Below are positions 23,001 to 36,970 of a DNA stretch of 64,000 nt, piece by piece. The number at the start of each line of letters is the position of its first letter. Position 1 is the stretch's first letter. Made by a program: the position numbers and the translations under genes. The stretch is from Camelus dromedarius. Taxonomy: Eukaryota. The DNA lies in the NCBI RefSeq assembly GCF_036321535.1, contig NC_087436.1:61258001-61322000 (forward strand). Reading direction: 5' to 3'. The notes beneath the pieces are model-generated. The model was not told the DNA's origin. It saw only the letters and a list, made by a program, of their open reading frames with translations, and ran no database searches.

Positions 23001-25549
23001 TTCAGCAAATAGTATTGAGCTTCTGCTGTCTATCGGAGCTATACCTTATGAAGAATGTAAAAGTGAATTAGATCTGGTCCTTATCCTCAGAGAACTTGCA
23101 GTCTAGTAGGGGAGATAAAAAACTAGGGTTCAAGAGAAAATATGGTAAGCATCACTGTTGATTGGGAGAGTCATGCAGTGATCCAGGATAACAGAGCTTC
23201 TGCCATTTCAGCTGTTTACTGTGCTGAGAGAAAAGGGTACTCAAGCATTTCTCATTACACTGGCAATTAAATATTCGGCTTAGAATTGACACATGTAACT
23301 TCCACTATAACTCAAGGTCCAAAGAGAGTCACAGGGCCTCACCTGCTTAGGGAGTACAAATTTACCATGTGCAATATTACGTGGCCCTGGAAAGAAGGGC
23401 AGTGACTATTCCAAGAGTGAATCTTCTTGTGTTAAAATATCCAGATGCCCCGATGCTGCGGGAGGAGATTCAGTGAGAAGAATATTTGACAGGGATGATA
23501 ATTTGACTTAAGGTTTCTTGCAACATATATTCAGATATCTGTGCTGTTAGTGTGAATCATACATTTCATATCAAATAATAAAATAGCTTCTTTGCAGAAC
23601 CAACTTAAAAGAAGAGACTTTTATGTCTTCTCTCTTGCTTGCTTTCCCTCTATAATTGCGAAAGACAGCAGTAACTTTTAATGTAAAGCAAATTATCTTC
23701 CTAAGCAAAATAAATTGCCCGAGAGTTCTTAACAAGATGTTTGTTGTTCATTTTCTGTGAGAACAGGAGAGGGTTAAGTGAGTTTACAGGGAGATTTTCA
23801 AATTTCTGTGCCTTCTGGCTTTCTATAGTATGTAGTAGTGTTAGCCCCTACCAGTCTTCTTTTTCAGTTTTTTTCTTGGCTATTCTTGTCTATTTGTCCC
23901 AACATGTGGATGTTAAAATCATTTTTGTGCATTTTTACAGTAATGTTGCACAGACAATAGAAGTGAATAATAATAACTACAACAAAACAACACAAAAGAG
24001 TTAAGTGTGAAACAAGGGGTAAATAATTATGTCCAAAATAATTCTGAAAAATCAAGTGAAAGCAGTGGAATAGATTATGTTGGTTGTTACTGTTGTTCTA
24101 GAAATTTCTATATTTATAGTACTCATTTCGCAAAGGAGTGATCATGTTGGGAATTATAAATGAATTGAAATATGTTGGCCAAATTAATGAAAGTCAGATT
24201 CATAAGTGGCTTCTGAGACAGACTAGAATATAGTTCATCTTTGAAGGTGACCTATGGGAGGACAGATAAGCAAGACCTTCTGGGCCATTACTGTCTCCTT
24301 AAATTCTCCAAAGTCTTACCAGGACAGAGAGAATATGCTTTAAAACCATCATCTGAAAGTTGAGCTAGTAGCTCAATCTTGTTTTCTATCATTTTTCATG
24401 AACCTTCAAGGATTTTTGCTTTTGACATTGGTGCATTAGGTCCATAAATGTATAGTAATTTTGATCTGTGGAAAAAACATGGTTGGGCCTCTAGAATTAT
24501 TCTGCTTTCTAGTGATCCCAAGGGCAACTTCAGATTTGCTCTGCTTTCTGTAAAATCCCTTTTGGGTGAACTTTTACTTTACAAAACCATCTATAGTATT
24601 TCACATTTTGAATCAAATTTTATTTTCTGAATATCTGTGACTTGCTTTGTTACGTATTTTTGAACCATGTAAAGATTAGAGGAACAGTGTTTCTTCTTTC
24701 TTCCTGGGTTTATTTAGTTTAGTCACCTCAATCACTGGAAGCTTGTTTACTTCTCTGATAGGTAGGACCTTTCAAACCATTTTGACTGTACAGAGCTATC
24801 CAAAGCCTGTAGACAGACTTGAGATTCCTTTGGAATATCAGAAATAAAAATTACTAGAGCTTTCTGGTCAAGGACTGAGAAGGTACAGTGTGTTAAGTGT
24901 GTAACAGGGCAACATGCAAAAGTAACTAAAGCTCCCTTCTCTTAGTAAGTGACAGCAATAAATCCTGTATTGTCTGCAGAATATTCCTACAGAATAAGCA
25001 CATTTCAATACAATACAATTATAGCACATTTGCATAACACTCTTCAGTTTATGAAACATTTTCTTGCAGAGTCTCTGAGATTGACAGCAATTCCTTAGGT
25101 AGGTATGACTGTTGTTAGTATGATAACACCATTACTTGGGTGAGAAAATGGAGACTTAGAGGGTGTAAGTGACTTGTCAAGGTACATAATTGGATATAGA
25201 ATTTAGGTCCTCTGAATCCAAACTCAGATCCTCTGAAAACTAAAGGACTGTATCTGTATATTTGTGACCACCTGTAAGATAAAATTTCAGGGCAGGGTCA
25301 CTGATAGACTTATTTATCCCAAAATAGCCCCTCTGCTTCCCCCAGAGTAATGGTAGCTTGTATTCTACTATTAACTTTTGAATGATGCTTATAAAGCATA
25401 TACTTCTGGTCATTGAGAGGCTTTAGAAAATTTAAGGAGATAATAATGTTCTAAAAGGTCTTGCTTGCCCCCTCAGTCCACAACCAATGTTCAGATAAGT
25501 CCCACAGACACTCTTAGATAGCATTTCCCCCAATTGTGCAGATTGCACT

Positions 25550-25780
25550 TGCTAGCTCTGTGATCATGTACAACTCACTTAACCCCTGTGGGCCCAAGTT
25601 CCATCTGTAAATGGGGATGATAACAATTCCTGTTGCACTGGGCTGCTATGAGTGTGAAATGGGTTGATCTATTCAAAACATTTAGAATAGTGCCTGGCAC
25701 ATAGTAGCACTTAGTAAATGTTGGACATTACTAATGCATGCAAAGTGCTTGGCACCTAGTAAGTGCTCAATAAATGAGTT
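25550..25780 (+). mobile_element. MIR SINE
   Basis: tcacttaacccctgtgggcccaagttccatctgtaaatggggatgataac...agaatagtgcctggcacatag. Confidence 0.8.
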
Positions 25781-26762
25781 AAAAAATTAAAGAAAGGTGA
25801 AGAAAGGAATGCCAACTATTCTGAATTTAGTTTTCATGGCAGGCCTTAATAAGTAGAAAGAGCAGAAGAACTAACTTCCCCACACAAACTTACAGTGACC
25901 CTAGTGTAGCTGAACACTGAACCTCTTCTGCTCCCCTACTCTCTGCTAAAGTTTATCACCATCCATCAAGAAAATACCGAAAAGCCACTGGACTGTGATT
26001 CACTGTGCTCATTAGAGCTAGTGCTGGTAATGCCCTCTGTTACTGCCTCCTTGACTGACGTTTGGACTGGGAAACCCAGCCATTTACCCGCACATTTTTT
26101 AGTACTAAGGCCTCTGCCATAGCGAATGGACTTGCACCCACTTTCTCAGCAAAAATGACAGCAGTGCTTTTAGGAAGAATGTTCAAAAGCACATTCACAA
26201 GAATGTTAAACCAGGCATGTAAGTAGTAAATGTGAATTAAGTCATCACATTCTGGCTAATCTCTAAAAAGAATGTGCCCGCCTTTCAGCAGCTAAGAAAA
26301 ATAAAAGAAAGGATTAAATTATTTGCATGCAGTCAGAATAAATGCTAAGTTTGTCTTTAGGGCAAAATGTTTTTATTACTTCTTATCAGGTCTGTAAACA
26401 AGCTGTTGTGCTCCTGGCTAAGAAGATTAAGTGCCCAGCTACCTGAATCTTCAGAACATGAGGTTCTAACTAGTCTTTGAAGAGGAAAGGCTCTTAGACA
26501 GTAAGGATATAGGAAACCATGAGGGATAGCGGCTCTGAGGCTTACGTTTGTATTTTGGTTTTTGCAGTGAGAATTTAAATGGCTAAGGATGATTTGTTTT
26601 TCTGTAAAAGAATGGCTTGTGGAAAACCAAGGCGTCTACTCCAGAGAGGTGAAAGAAGTCAGAAGTAGGCAACTATAAACTAGAAAGTCATGCTAGGCCT
26701 ACCTCCTTGAAGACACCATGTACCCCATTCCCTGATTTGATGTAATTATTTTCTTTCCCCCC

Positions 26763-29700
26763 CTTAAAAAAAAAAACAATAAATTTGACATATAATATTG
26801 TGTAAGATTAAGGTGTACAGTGTGTACTTTGATACATCTATATATTGTAACTTAATTGCTGATATAGTGATATATATCACATTACATAATTATAATACAG
26901 TATTATTGTTTATATTCATTATACTGTGCCTTAAATCTCTGTGTCTTATTTACTACTTGTTGTAAGTTTGTACCCTTAAACATCATCAGCCTTACCCCTT
27001 GTACTTACCACTTGTCAGCCATCCCCTGGTAACCATCTTTTTACACTCTGTTTTTTATAGGTTTAACTATTTTAGATTCTAGATATAAGGGATATCGTAT
27101 AATACTTGTCTTTCTCTGTTTTTATCTTGATTAACATAGTTGCCCTAGGTCTGTTGCAAATGGGAAGATATCCCTCTTTCTCATGGCTGAACAATATTCC
27201 ATTGTGTATTTGTACCACATCTTTTTATATCCCGTTATCCTTTGATGGGCTTTTGGGTTGTTTCCGTATCTTGGCTATTGTGAATAATGCTGTGATAAAC
27301 ACAGGAGTGCATATACCTCACTGAAATCCTGTTTTCATTTCTTTGGGTATGTTCCCAGAAGTGGAATTGCTGGACTGTGTGTTAGATCTATTTTTAATTT
27401 TTTGAGGAACTTCCATATTATTTTCCATAGTGGTTGGACCAATTTACATTCCTATCAACAATGTATAAGGGATTTTTCCCTTTTTACCACATCCTCACCA
27501 GCACCTGTCTTTTATCTTCTTGATAATAGCCATTTTAACAGGTACTATGTGATATCTCATTGTGGTTTTGATTCGCATTTCCCTGGTGATTAGTGATGTT
27601 TAGTATCTTTTCACGTGTCTGTTGGCCATTTTGATGCCCTCTTTTGAAAAATGTCTATTTTTAATCAAATTATTATTATTTGTTATTAAATTGACTGAGT
27701 TCTTTATGTATTTTGGATATTAACCATTTATCTGATATATAGTTTGTAAAAACTGTCTCCTATTATGTAGGTTATCTTTCCATTTTGTTAATTGTTTCTT
27801 TTGCTGTGTAAAGGATGAGTTTGATGTAATCCCATTTGTTGATTTTTGCTTTTGTTGTTTGTGCTTTTGGCATCATGTTAAAAAAAATAATAATCACCAA
27901 GACCAATATGGATGAGCTTCTTCCCTATGTTTCTTCTTGGAGTTTTATGGGATTAGGTCTTACATTTACATGTTTGATCCATTTTGAGTTCATTTTTGTG
28001 AATGGTGTGAAATAGGGGTCCAATTTCACTGTTCTGCGTACATTTCTCCAATTTCCCTGGCACCATTTGTTGAAGACACTGTCTTTTCCCCATTGGGTAT
28101 TCTTGACTCACTTGTTGAATATTAGTTGACTGTATATGCCAGGATTTAATTCTCGGCTTCCTATTCTGTTTCAACAGTTGATGTGTCTATTTTTGTGCCA
28201 GTACCATACTGTTTTTATTACTATGGCTTTATAGTATAATTTGAAATCCAGAAGCAGTGATATCTCCAGCTTTGTTTTTTTCTCTCAGGATTGTTTTGGC
28301 TATTTGGTTTTTTTTGTGGTTTCAGACAAACTTTAGGATTGTTTCTTCTATTTCTGTGAAGAATATCTTTGTATTTTGATGCAGATTATGTTGAATCTCT
28401 AAATGGCTTTGGGTGGTATGGTCATTTTAACAATATTAATTCTTCCAGTCTGTGAACACAGGATGTCTTTCCATTTGTTTGTGTCTTCTTCAGTTCCTTC
28501 CAGCAGTGTCTTGCCGTTTTCAGATATTGCCGTTGTACAGATATTTTACTTCCTTGGTTAAATCTGTTGCTAAATATGTTGTTATTCTTGATGCTATTGT
28601 GAATGGGATCATTTTCTTTATTTCTTTCTCAGATGCTTCATCATTACTGTAAAGAAATGCAATTGATTTCTGTATGTTGATTTTGTATCCTATCACTTCA
28701 CTGAGATCATGGATTAATTCCAACAGTTTTTTGAACAACTCCTTGGAATTTTCTACATATAAGATTCTGTCATCACCAAATGACAGTTTTACTTTCTTCT
28801 TTTGGATTTCGATGCCTTTTATTTCTTTGTCTTGCTTTATTGCTCTGAGGACTTACAGCACTATATTGAATAGAAGTGGTGAGAATGGCATTCTTGTCTT
28901 GTTTCTGATCTTAGAGGAAATGTTTTCTATTTTTCCCCATTGAATATAATGTTAGCTGTGGGTTTGTTGACATATGGTCTTTATTATGTTGAGGTATATT
29001 CCTTCTATAATCAATGTATTAAGAGTTTTTATCTTGAAATAAAGTATTTTTGTCAAATACTTTTTCTGTGTCTATTGAGGTGATCATGTGGTTTTTATTT
29101 TTTATTTTATTGATGTGATGTATTACATGTGTTGATTTGCATATGTTGAACCGTCCTTTCATCTCAAGGATAATTCCCAGTTGGTCATGGTGTAAATCCT
29201 TTTAATGTGTTCTTGACTTTGGTTTGCTAATGTTTTGTTGAGAATTTTTGCATCTATATTCATCAGGGATATTGGTCTATAGCTGTTTTTTTTCCTCTCG
29301 TGGTATCCTTATCTAATTTTGGTATCAAAGTATGCTAGCTTCATAGAATGAGTTTGGAAGTGTTTCCTCCTCAATATTTTGGGAGGGTTTGAAGAGGAAA
29401 ATTTGATATGTTTTATTTCCATTTTCATTTGTTTTGAGGTAATTTTTACTTCCCTTTTGATTTCTTCTTTGACCCAATGATTGTTTGAAAGTATGTGTGT
29501 GTGTGTTTGTCTTTTGAAAGTGTGTTGTTTATTAATTCATCTTTAAATGTTTTGTAGAATTCTCCAGTGAAGCCATCATGGAGTTTCCTGTGTTGGGGTT
29601 TTTTTGGTTATTGATTCAATCTCTTTATTAGTTATTGTCTGTTTAAATTTTCTAGTTCTTCCTGATTTAGTCTTGGTACATTGTGTGTTTCTAGATGTAT

Positions 29701-30620
29701 CCATTTCTTCCAAGTTGTTTAATTTGTTGGCATATAATTGTTCATAGTAGTCTCTTATGATTCTATATATTTCTGTAGTATTAGTTGTGGTGTCTCCTCT
29801 TTTATTTTCATTTTTATTTTCATCTTCTTTCTTTTTTCTTAGTCTAGCTAAATGTTTGTCAGTTTTGCAAATCTTTTCAAAGAATCAGCTCTTAGTTTTT
29901 TTGATCTATTCTGCTGTTTTTCTGGTCTCTGTTTCATTCATTTCCACACTGATCTTTATTATTCCCTTCCTTATGCTAACTTTGGGCTTAATTTGTTCAT
30001 ATTTTTCCAGTTCCTTAAGATGTAAAGTTAAGTTGTTTATTTGACATCTTTTAAATTTCTTAATATATGTGTTTATTGATATAAAATTTCCTCTGAGAAC
30101 TGTTTTTGCTACATCCCACAAAATTTGATGTTTTATTTCCATTTTCATTTGTTTTGAGATAATTTTTACTTCCTTTTTGATTTCTTCTTTGACCCAATGA
30201 TTGAAAGTTTGTTTTTTTATTTTATTTTTTGAAAGTGTGTTGCTTAATATCCATATATTTATAGATCTTCTCATTTTCCTCTTGTTGATATCCAGTTTCA
30301 TACCATTCTGGACAGAGAAGATAGTATGATCTTAATCTTCCTAAATTTGCTAAGATTTGTTTTGTGGCCTATCATATGATCTGTCCTGGAGAATGTTCCA
30401 TGTGCATTTGAGAAGAATGTGTATTCTACTTCTACTGGATGGAATATTTTGTATATGTTTATATGTTTATTTGTTCAATTCCAAGGTTTCCTTGTTGATT
30501 TTCTGTCTAAATGATTTCTTCACTGTTGAAAGTAGAATATTGAAGCTTCCTACAATTATTGTATTGTTGTCTATTTCTCTCTTAAGGTCTATCATTATTT
30601 ACTTAATGTATTTTGGTGCT
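26763..30620 (-). mobile_element. 5'-truncated L1 (~3.9 kb), degenerate ORF2 plus 3' UTR
   Basis: ORF fragments 'LWDVAKTVLRGNFISINTYIKK...INNLTLHLKELEK' (29906-30301) and 'KLLELIHDLSEVIGYKINIQKSIAFLY' (28520-28738) match L1 ORF2p; the frame has many stops. Confidence 0.95.
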
Positions 30621-31118
30621 TGATAAAATTCTTTATCTTGAGAAATGCAACATGGATTTAGTTTAACTTGAGTTAGTGCATAAAGGGAGATTATAAAGTA
30701 CTTTACAAAGAAATTATGATGACAACTCTGAAGGGAGGGCATTTCTTCCCTAGTGAAATCGTTTGATGATTGTAGGTTTAATTCAGGTTGAAGTCAGGTT
30801 ATTTTATTACTCACTGCTCCTTAACCCCAAACTAATTTTGACTTGCTTTTCCTTTACTCCAGCTTCCTTTCAGGATGTCAAAATATGTTATAATACCAAT
30901 AACACTAATAATAAAGATAATACTTTAAAAATAGCCTATACATCTGGAGTGCTTGTTTTGTGTCAACACTTTTCTTTATACATATTTCACTTATTTCTTT
31001 CAGCAATCTTAGGAGGTAGATGTTTTTATTAACTCCATTCTAATATAGGAAATTTACATAGTTTTTCCAATCTCATTCAGCTGGTAAATGATAGTGTTCA
31101 AATCCAACATAGCTCTTA

Positions 31119-31306
31119 ACTACTACTACTACTTCTATGACTATGATGACAACCACCAGTACTACTTACTGCCATTAACTATAATAACTGCAATAACAAT
31201 AACTGCTACTACTACTGAAATAGCTGCATTATTGAGACTATGACTACTACGACTCCTACCCCTACTCCTACTACTACTACTAATCCTACTACTATTGCTA
31301 CTACTA
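31119..31306. repeat. Degenerate (TAC)n low-complexity repeat
   Basis: Runs of actactact visible directly. Confidence 0.85.
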
Positions 31307-33282
31307 AGTATGAACACTTATCCATTGTCACTTTAAGTTCAGTGATACAATAATCTTGAATTAGATCCGAGGCTTTTTTATTAATGATGCATCAGTAACG
31401 CCTCATACTTTTCTATTGAAGTAGCCCTAATGACAGATGGAAGTGAATTGAGGGGTTAGGCATGGCCCAAAACAATCCTACAGAAGACTAGAACTATCTA
31501 GAAGTTTTGTATTTTCTTTAAAAACCCCCCTCACATACTGTTTTTTCTGTCATAATTAATTTGTGTTGGTTTTAATATAATAAGAATATTTCCCCTAATA
31601 GATTGTGAGTGAAATTGACAAGATGGAAACTGTGCCAAGTAATCTGGTGACTGTATTTTCCCAGTGTCCCTAGGTGTGTGAGTTTGTGCATAGTAGGCTG
31701 ACAAACATTGATGCATGATGACAAATAATTGATTGGCTGACTTACATAAAAGGCTGGAAGTTAATGCCAGCTCAACTTTTGAGTTCTTAGTTCAAATGCT
31801 ATCTCTTGAAGAGAAAGGCTTCCCTGCTTCCCCTTGTTCCCATAACTTTGTCAATTCCTCTTTTATATCCACTCCTTCCCAGCCACCAATTTTTCTTAAA
31901 TATTACTAATCCTCAGTAGCTCATAAAACTTTTGTAATTTTACAAAAAGTAAATTACATGAAGTCAAAAATCATGTCTAGTTTTTTCCTCCACTATTAAA
32001 TTCCTGGATTTAATACAATGCCTGACACATAGTGGGGCCTGAAAATGTCACATGCATGAATAAGAGAATGCATGAACATTTTGCAGAGTCATCTTTTCTT
32101 GGCCTCAGCTGGGCATGGATATGAGCAGCATCTTTGGGCTTGGCAGTCTCCCTATATCCAGAAACAGTACAATTGATAACTCATTTATTGGTCATCTTTG
32201 GGGAATGAAATGGGTCCCATGTGTGATGTAGCCGTATAAAGCGAAACATGTATTTAAGTTTTAAAACTTAAAACTACAGCCATTTGGACAGGTGCCCATC
32301 TGGATACCCTTTACTGGCTACTGATAACTTTTTGGTACAAGATAGAGCAGTCCCACTGTTCATCAGCATGCGTCTGTACTTTGCTTAGGTGGTATGGGGT
32401 GTGGTGGGATGTGGTTAGGTAGAGAAGATTGGTGCCTGTCCATCTTCTTTAAAAGCTGACCACTACATCCTTGCAACACTTGTTTTCTTAATGGGATGTT
32501 CTTCAGGAATGACAGATTTACCTTTTTTGGCTAGTTAATTTTATAGAAACTGTAGAGAAAGGGGAATCCCCCGTAGGTTTCTCTGTTTCTTTGGCCTAAT
32601 ACTAACATAGTCAGCCCATGCTGGGCTGTTTAAATAACGCTGAAATTCTCACTTATCTAGCAATATGGGGGGATAGCAGTGTTCCACATAAGTGGATTTT
32701 CCAGATAACTGAAACTTATCTTGCTACCTTGCAAACTTAAAAATTTACCATTTCTATAAACTCTTCTAAAATATATGATACCTATCCCTGCCTTCATTTT
32801 ATATCAGAGTATACTGAATATATTTTACCTTTATTTTGATGGCTTAAGGTCAGAAGTTTGAACATAGAATCATAGGATTTTAGAGTGTGGTGGGCCTTGA
32901 TGAAGACCATCTGATTCAACTCCATCCTAGTAGACAGGAAGAATGAGGCCCAGAGAGCTGGCATGACTTTCTGAAGACTGCACAGCTGGGCAAATAGAGA
33001 CCAAGATGAAAGTTCAGCTCTCAGCTCTTATCTTCCCATTGTCCTATATGAAAGGTTTAGGTATGTAGGGTTTTTCATCTCTTCAATAAGTAACTCTAAA
33101 CTACTATGTTTATTAAGTTGTTATTCCTGATTTTCCTTTCTTCCCCCTGTATCCTTTAGTTGAAAAAGTCAGTTTTCATTTCTTGCTTTCGTCGTGTATT
33201 TGCCTCTATTTGTCATTGTATTTGGGGTACTTCAGTACTTCTTTAATAAAGCAGGTGGTGGTAATGACGGGAGTGAGGACTT

Positions 33283-33372
33283 AAAATTTTTTTTAACTAA
33301 TAAACTTTGTTAGAGCAGTTTTAGGTTCACAGGAACTTGAGTAGAGAGTACAGAGGGTGCCCAGTTACCCCT
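33283..33372 (-). mobile_element. Very short L1M 3'-end insertion
   Basis: ttagagcagttttaggttcacagg...gtacagag, the same motif as at 18930. Flanked by ggagtgaggactt / ggagtggtgactt. Confidence 0.6.
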
Positions 33373-33959
33373 GGAGTGGTGACTTTTTAAAAAGACTTTC
33401 TTCTAGTTCCCACAATTTAGCACAATGTCTTGTGTGTAGTAAGCACTTAATAAAATACTTGTTGAATGGTGGATTCTATCAGCTGTGGGCTGGGGAATCA
33501 AATAGTGAAAGTTCTTTGAAGTGTATTTTAAATAAGAGTACATTGTACTGTAATGAGGTTCTGAGAGAGAACCTGGGGGGCAGATTGTAAATAAAGTATA
33601 TTAGCTTTGTGACACCACTTTGGCTACTCAAAGTCCTTGTTTGCTTACTTCTGAGTTTTCAGGCCATTCTGGATGATTAAAGCCATTGGATAAAATAAGC
33701 ATAACTATGGTAGGAGTAATAATAAAAATAACAACAACAATAATAATATTCTATATGAAAAATGCTTTAAGCTAGATTTGGGAGTTAGATTTTAGAACTA
33801 ATTGTGACACCACAACATGGATAGGTCATATTTACAGTTGTAACCTGGTATCTGGCCCAGCACCTGGTTTTAACCTGGTGTCTATTACGGCTACTAGTTG
33901 TAACCTAGAGACTAACACAGTGACCTGTGTAGCACAGTACATAGGAGGGGCTCTAACCC

Positions 33960-36900
33960 TTAGAGGAGGCACTGTCTGACTTGAATTCTGAAGAATAAAT
34001 TGGAGTGAACCAGGTAAAGGGAGTGGTTGCCTTTGAAAAGTACTTTACTCAGAGGGAAAACCAGTTACAAACTCCCCGGTGGGAGAAAACCCCTTGAGAA
34101 TAAGGGGATTATAGTCTGTGCCACTAGAAAATAAGCAGAGATACTCATGGAGGGTCTGAGGAATTTCCTAAGGAGCAGAAATTTTATTTGGAAGTACAAT
34201 AAGGAGTCACTGGAGCATGTTAAGTTGGGAAATTATGTGGTCAGAGTTGTTTTAGAAAGATCACTTGGGCTTCATGATGGAAAATTTATTTATTCTACAA
34301 ATATACATTAAGGATCTGCCTTGTGCTAGACACTCTTCCAGGAGCTGGAGCTAAAGCTCTGATTAGTCAACTCCCTAATCTCAGGGAGCTCACATTCCAG
34401 TGCCTTTTTATGTTTATGGTGGTAGAAACAGAGATGGGGACAAGTGGACAGATATACTTACAACTTCAGATAGTGGCAGGGGATCTGGAAAAAAAAAGAA
34501 CAGAGCATGAGAAGGTGGCTGGGGTAAAGAGAGTATTTGGGTTAGATGATCAGGAAATATCTCTGTGAGATGGGAGATACAATGGAAGACAGAGAGTGGG
34601 GAGACCAGGTAGGAGACTACAGATTTCCAAATGAGAGTGGTAAAAGGCTAAAGGTAGAGGTAGTGGTAGCAGTAATGGAGAAAAGGACCCAATATTGCCC
34701 AACACATCAATGTTTAAGAAGGTAGAACCTGTAAGACTTGAGGAATGATTAGATGTGAGAAGTGAAGGTTACAGAGTAGTGATGGTGACAGTATCAGCAG
34801 CAGCCACCTCTGGACCAAGCCTTGCGTCCTGGTCCATGTCACATTCTGCACAATGATCTGGTGCCCCATGCTGCCCTGTTAGTCTTGGACATTTTGGAAA
34901 GATTGGCGGTACTTATGGATGGTTCTCTTCTCCTTCCAGGAACTTGGAAGACTAAATTTTGTAGCCCTCTTGCAGTTGCATGGAGCAGAGGGAGCTGGGA
35001 AAGAGTCATAGGAAGTGATCTCAGAGATTTTGTGAGGACCAGCTCATGTGGGACTGATGGGTCTTGAAAAAACTCTGGCTTTTATTCTGAAAGAGATATG
35101 GATATCCTGGAATATTTTGAGTAGAGAAATGATCTGAAATGACTAACATTAAAAAAAATTACTCTCGTGGCTCTGTGAGGAAAGAAATATAGGAGTTAAG
35201 GGTAAAAGCAGGCAGTCTGATTAAAAGGTGATTGCAAAAATCTAGATGATGACTTAGACTAGGGTAATAGTATAGGTTATAGGAAGTGCCTGTATTTGGC
35301 TGTATTTTTAAAGTGGCACCAACAAGATTTGCTCTTAGGTTGGATGTAGGAGGGAAGAACAAGAGGGTCAAAGATGATTTCAAACTTTTTGGCAAGAGCA
35401 ACTGGACAGATGAAATTGATTTTTTTTTTTTTTGGAGAGGGGCTAACTGTAGGAGAAACAGGTAAGAGGGAAAAATTAGTGTAATTGCTGTATATGTTAG
35501 ATTTGAGATGCTGTTGTCCATCTAAGTGGCAGTGTCTTCTTGGCAGTTGGAGACACAAAGCTAGAACTTGGGGAGAGGTCATGGCTGGAAGTAGCAACTA
35601 TGAAGTTGTCAGTTAATAGTTGGATACTCAGCCTGGTTGCCAAGTGAAAAAAGTATTTCAATGAATAAGTAATAATAAGCCCTGTAATATGCTGCCACTA
35701 TAAGAGGTTAGATGAGAGTTGAGATATGACTATTGTTATGGTGGAGATTAAAAGCAGGTACACTGAAATGGTGGAGACAAAGTCTGAATCAAGAGAGAAT
35801 TGGCAGAGAGGAATTTGCCACTGCAGGTATAAATAACTTAAAAAAAATGAGATTTGCTATAAGGGAGAGCAAAGAAGTGGTGGTTGGAGGATAATCTGAA
35901 ATCTGGGGAGGAATATTCTAAAAGATAAGTGATATTATCATATGTTTGTATACTGATGAGAATAACCCAGAGGGAAAACTTGAAGATATTGGAGAGAGGG
36001 TGTGCAAAATCTTCTCAAGAGCAAGAGCAGAAGAGATCCAAAGTACAAGTCAAGGAGTTGGCCTCTGATAGGAGTGTAAACAGTTCATCCATTTGAACAG
36101 GAGGGAAGGAAGAGTATATGGGTACAGATGCAGGCAGGCTTGTGGCTGTAGGAAGATGTGACTCTCTTCTGACTGCCTCTGTTTTCTCAGCGAATAAGAA
36201 ATCAGGTCGTAATTGAGAGAAAAGATAGCAGGAGAGATGTTGGGAGTTTGAGAGAGAAAAGAAGATACGAATGTTCTTCTGGAGAGTGGGAGACTGACAA
36301 CAGATTAGAGAAATAGAATATGCATGTCAGGAGGCAGTAGAGTTTGTAGTCATACGTTTGAAGCAGGGCGAATCAGCATAATTATATATTCACCTACTCA
36401 GTGGCTTTGGTGCCTGTGATTCAAGTGCAGCTTTGGAGTGGTGTTTGCAATTATCAGCGTTGGGGGTGGGGAGGGTAGGGCATGTGCAGTACAGTGATAA
36501 TAACGATGGGTTGTGGAATCTAGGCTAGGGTGGGGAGGGAAGGTGAAAACATGGATGAGTTCAATAGATTGCTGGAGTTAGGGTACCAGAGGGAGTGAGC
36601 CAGGAGGTTAGCAGATGGAGCTCAGAGAGTGGGATGCTTGGAACTGAGCCAGCGGAAGCAGTGCAGTCATTTGTAATGATTGTGTGTAGAAAAGAGGGAA
36701 GCTGAAATGGGGTGGTTGGAAGATCAGATCATTGTAGTTAAGAAAGCAATGAAACTAAAAAGCCAAGATACTGGAAGGAAATCCAAGTAGACACTGAAAT
36801 CACCAAGAGTAGTTGTGGAGAGTTACAGTGAGTCAGGTGCTGCCTCTTTAAGGGATGAAGAGAATTAACCTGTGGGTCTGCACATAAGTACAACAGGGAG

Positions 36901-36970
36901 GATGAACAAGATGATAGAAGATTGGTAGCCTGACTTTGAAGAAGTTGGGATCCAAGGGGTTGAGGAAGAA
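33960..36970 (-). mobile_element. Long, fragmented L2 LINE sequence
   Basis: Purine-rich antisense L2 motifs (tttagaaagatcact, gttagatttgagatgctgttgtccatctaagtgg, ctgactgcctctgttttctcag, cactgaaatcaccaaga). An antisense L2 3' end lies at ~34285. Confidence 0.7.
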
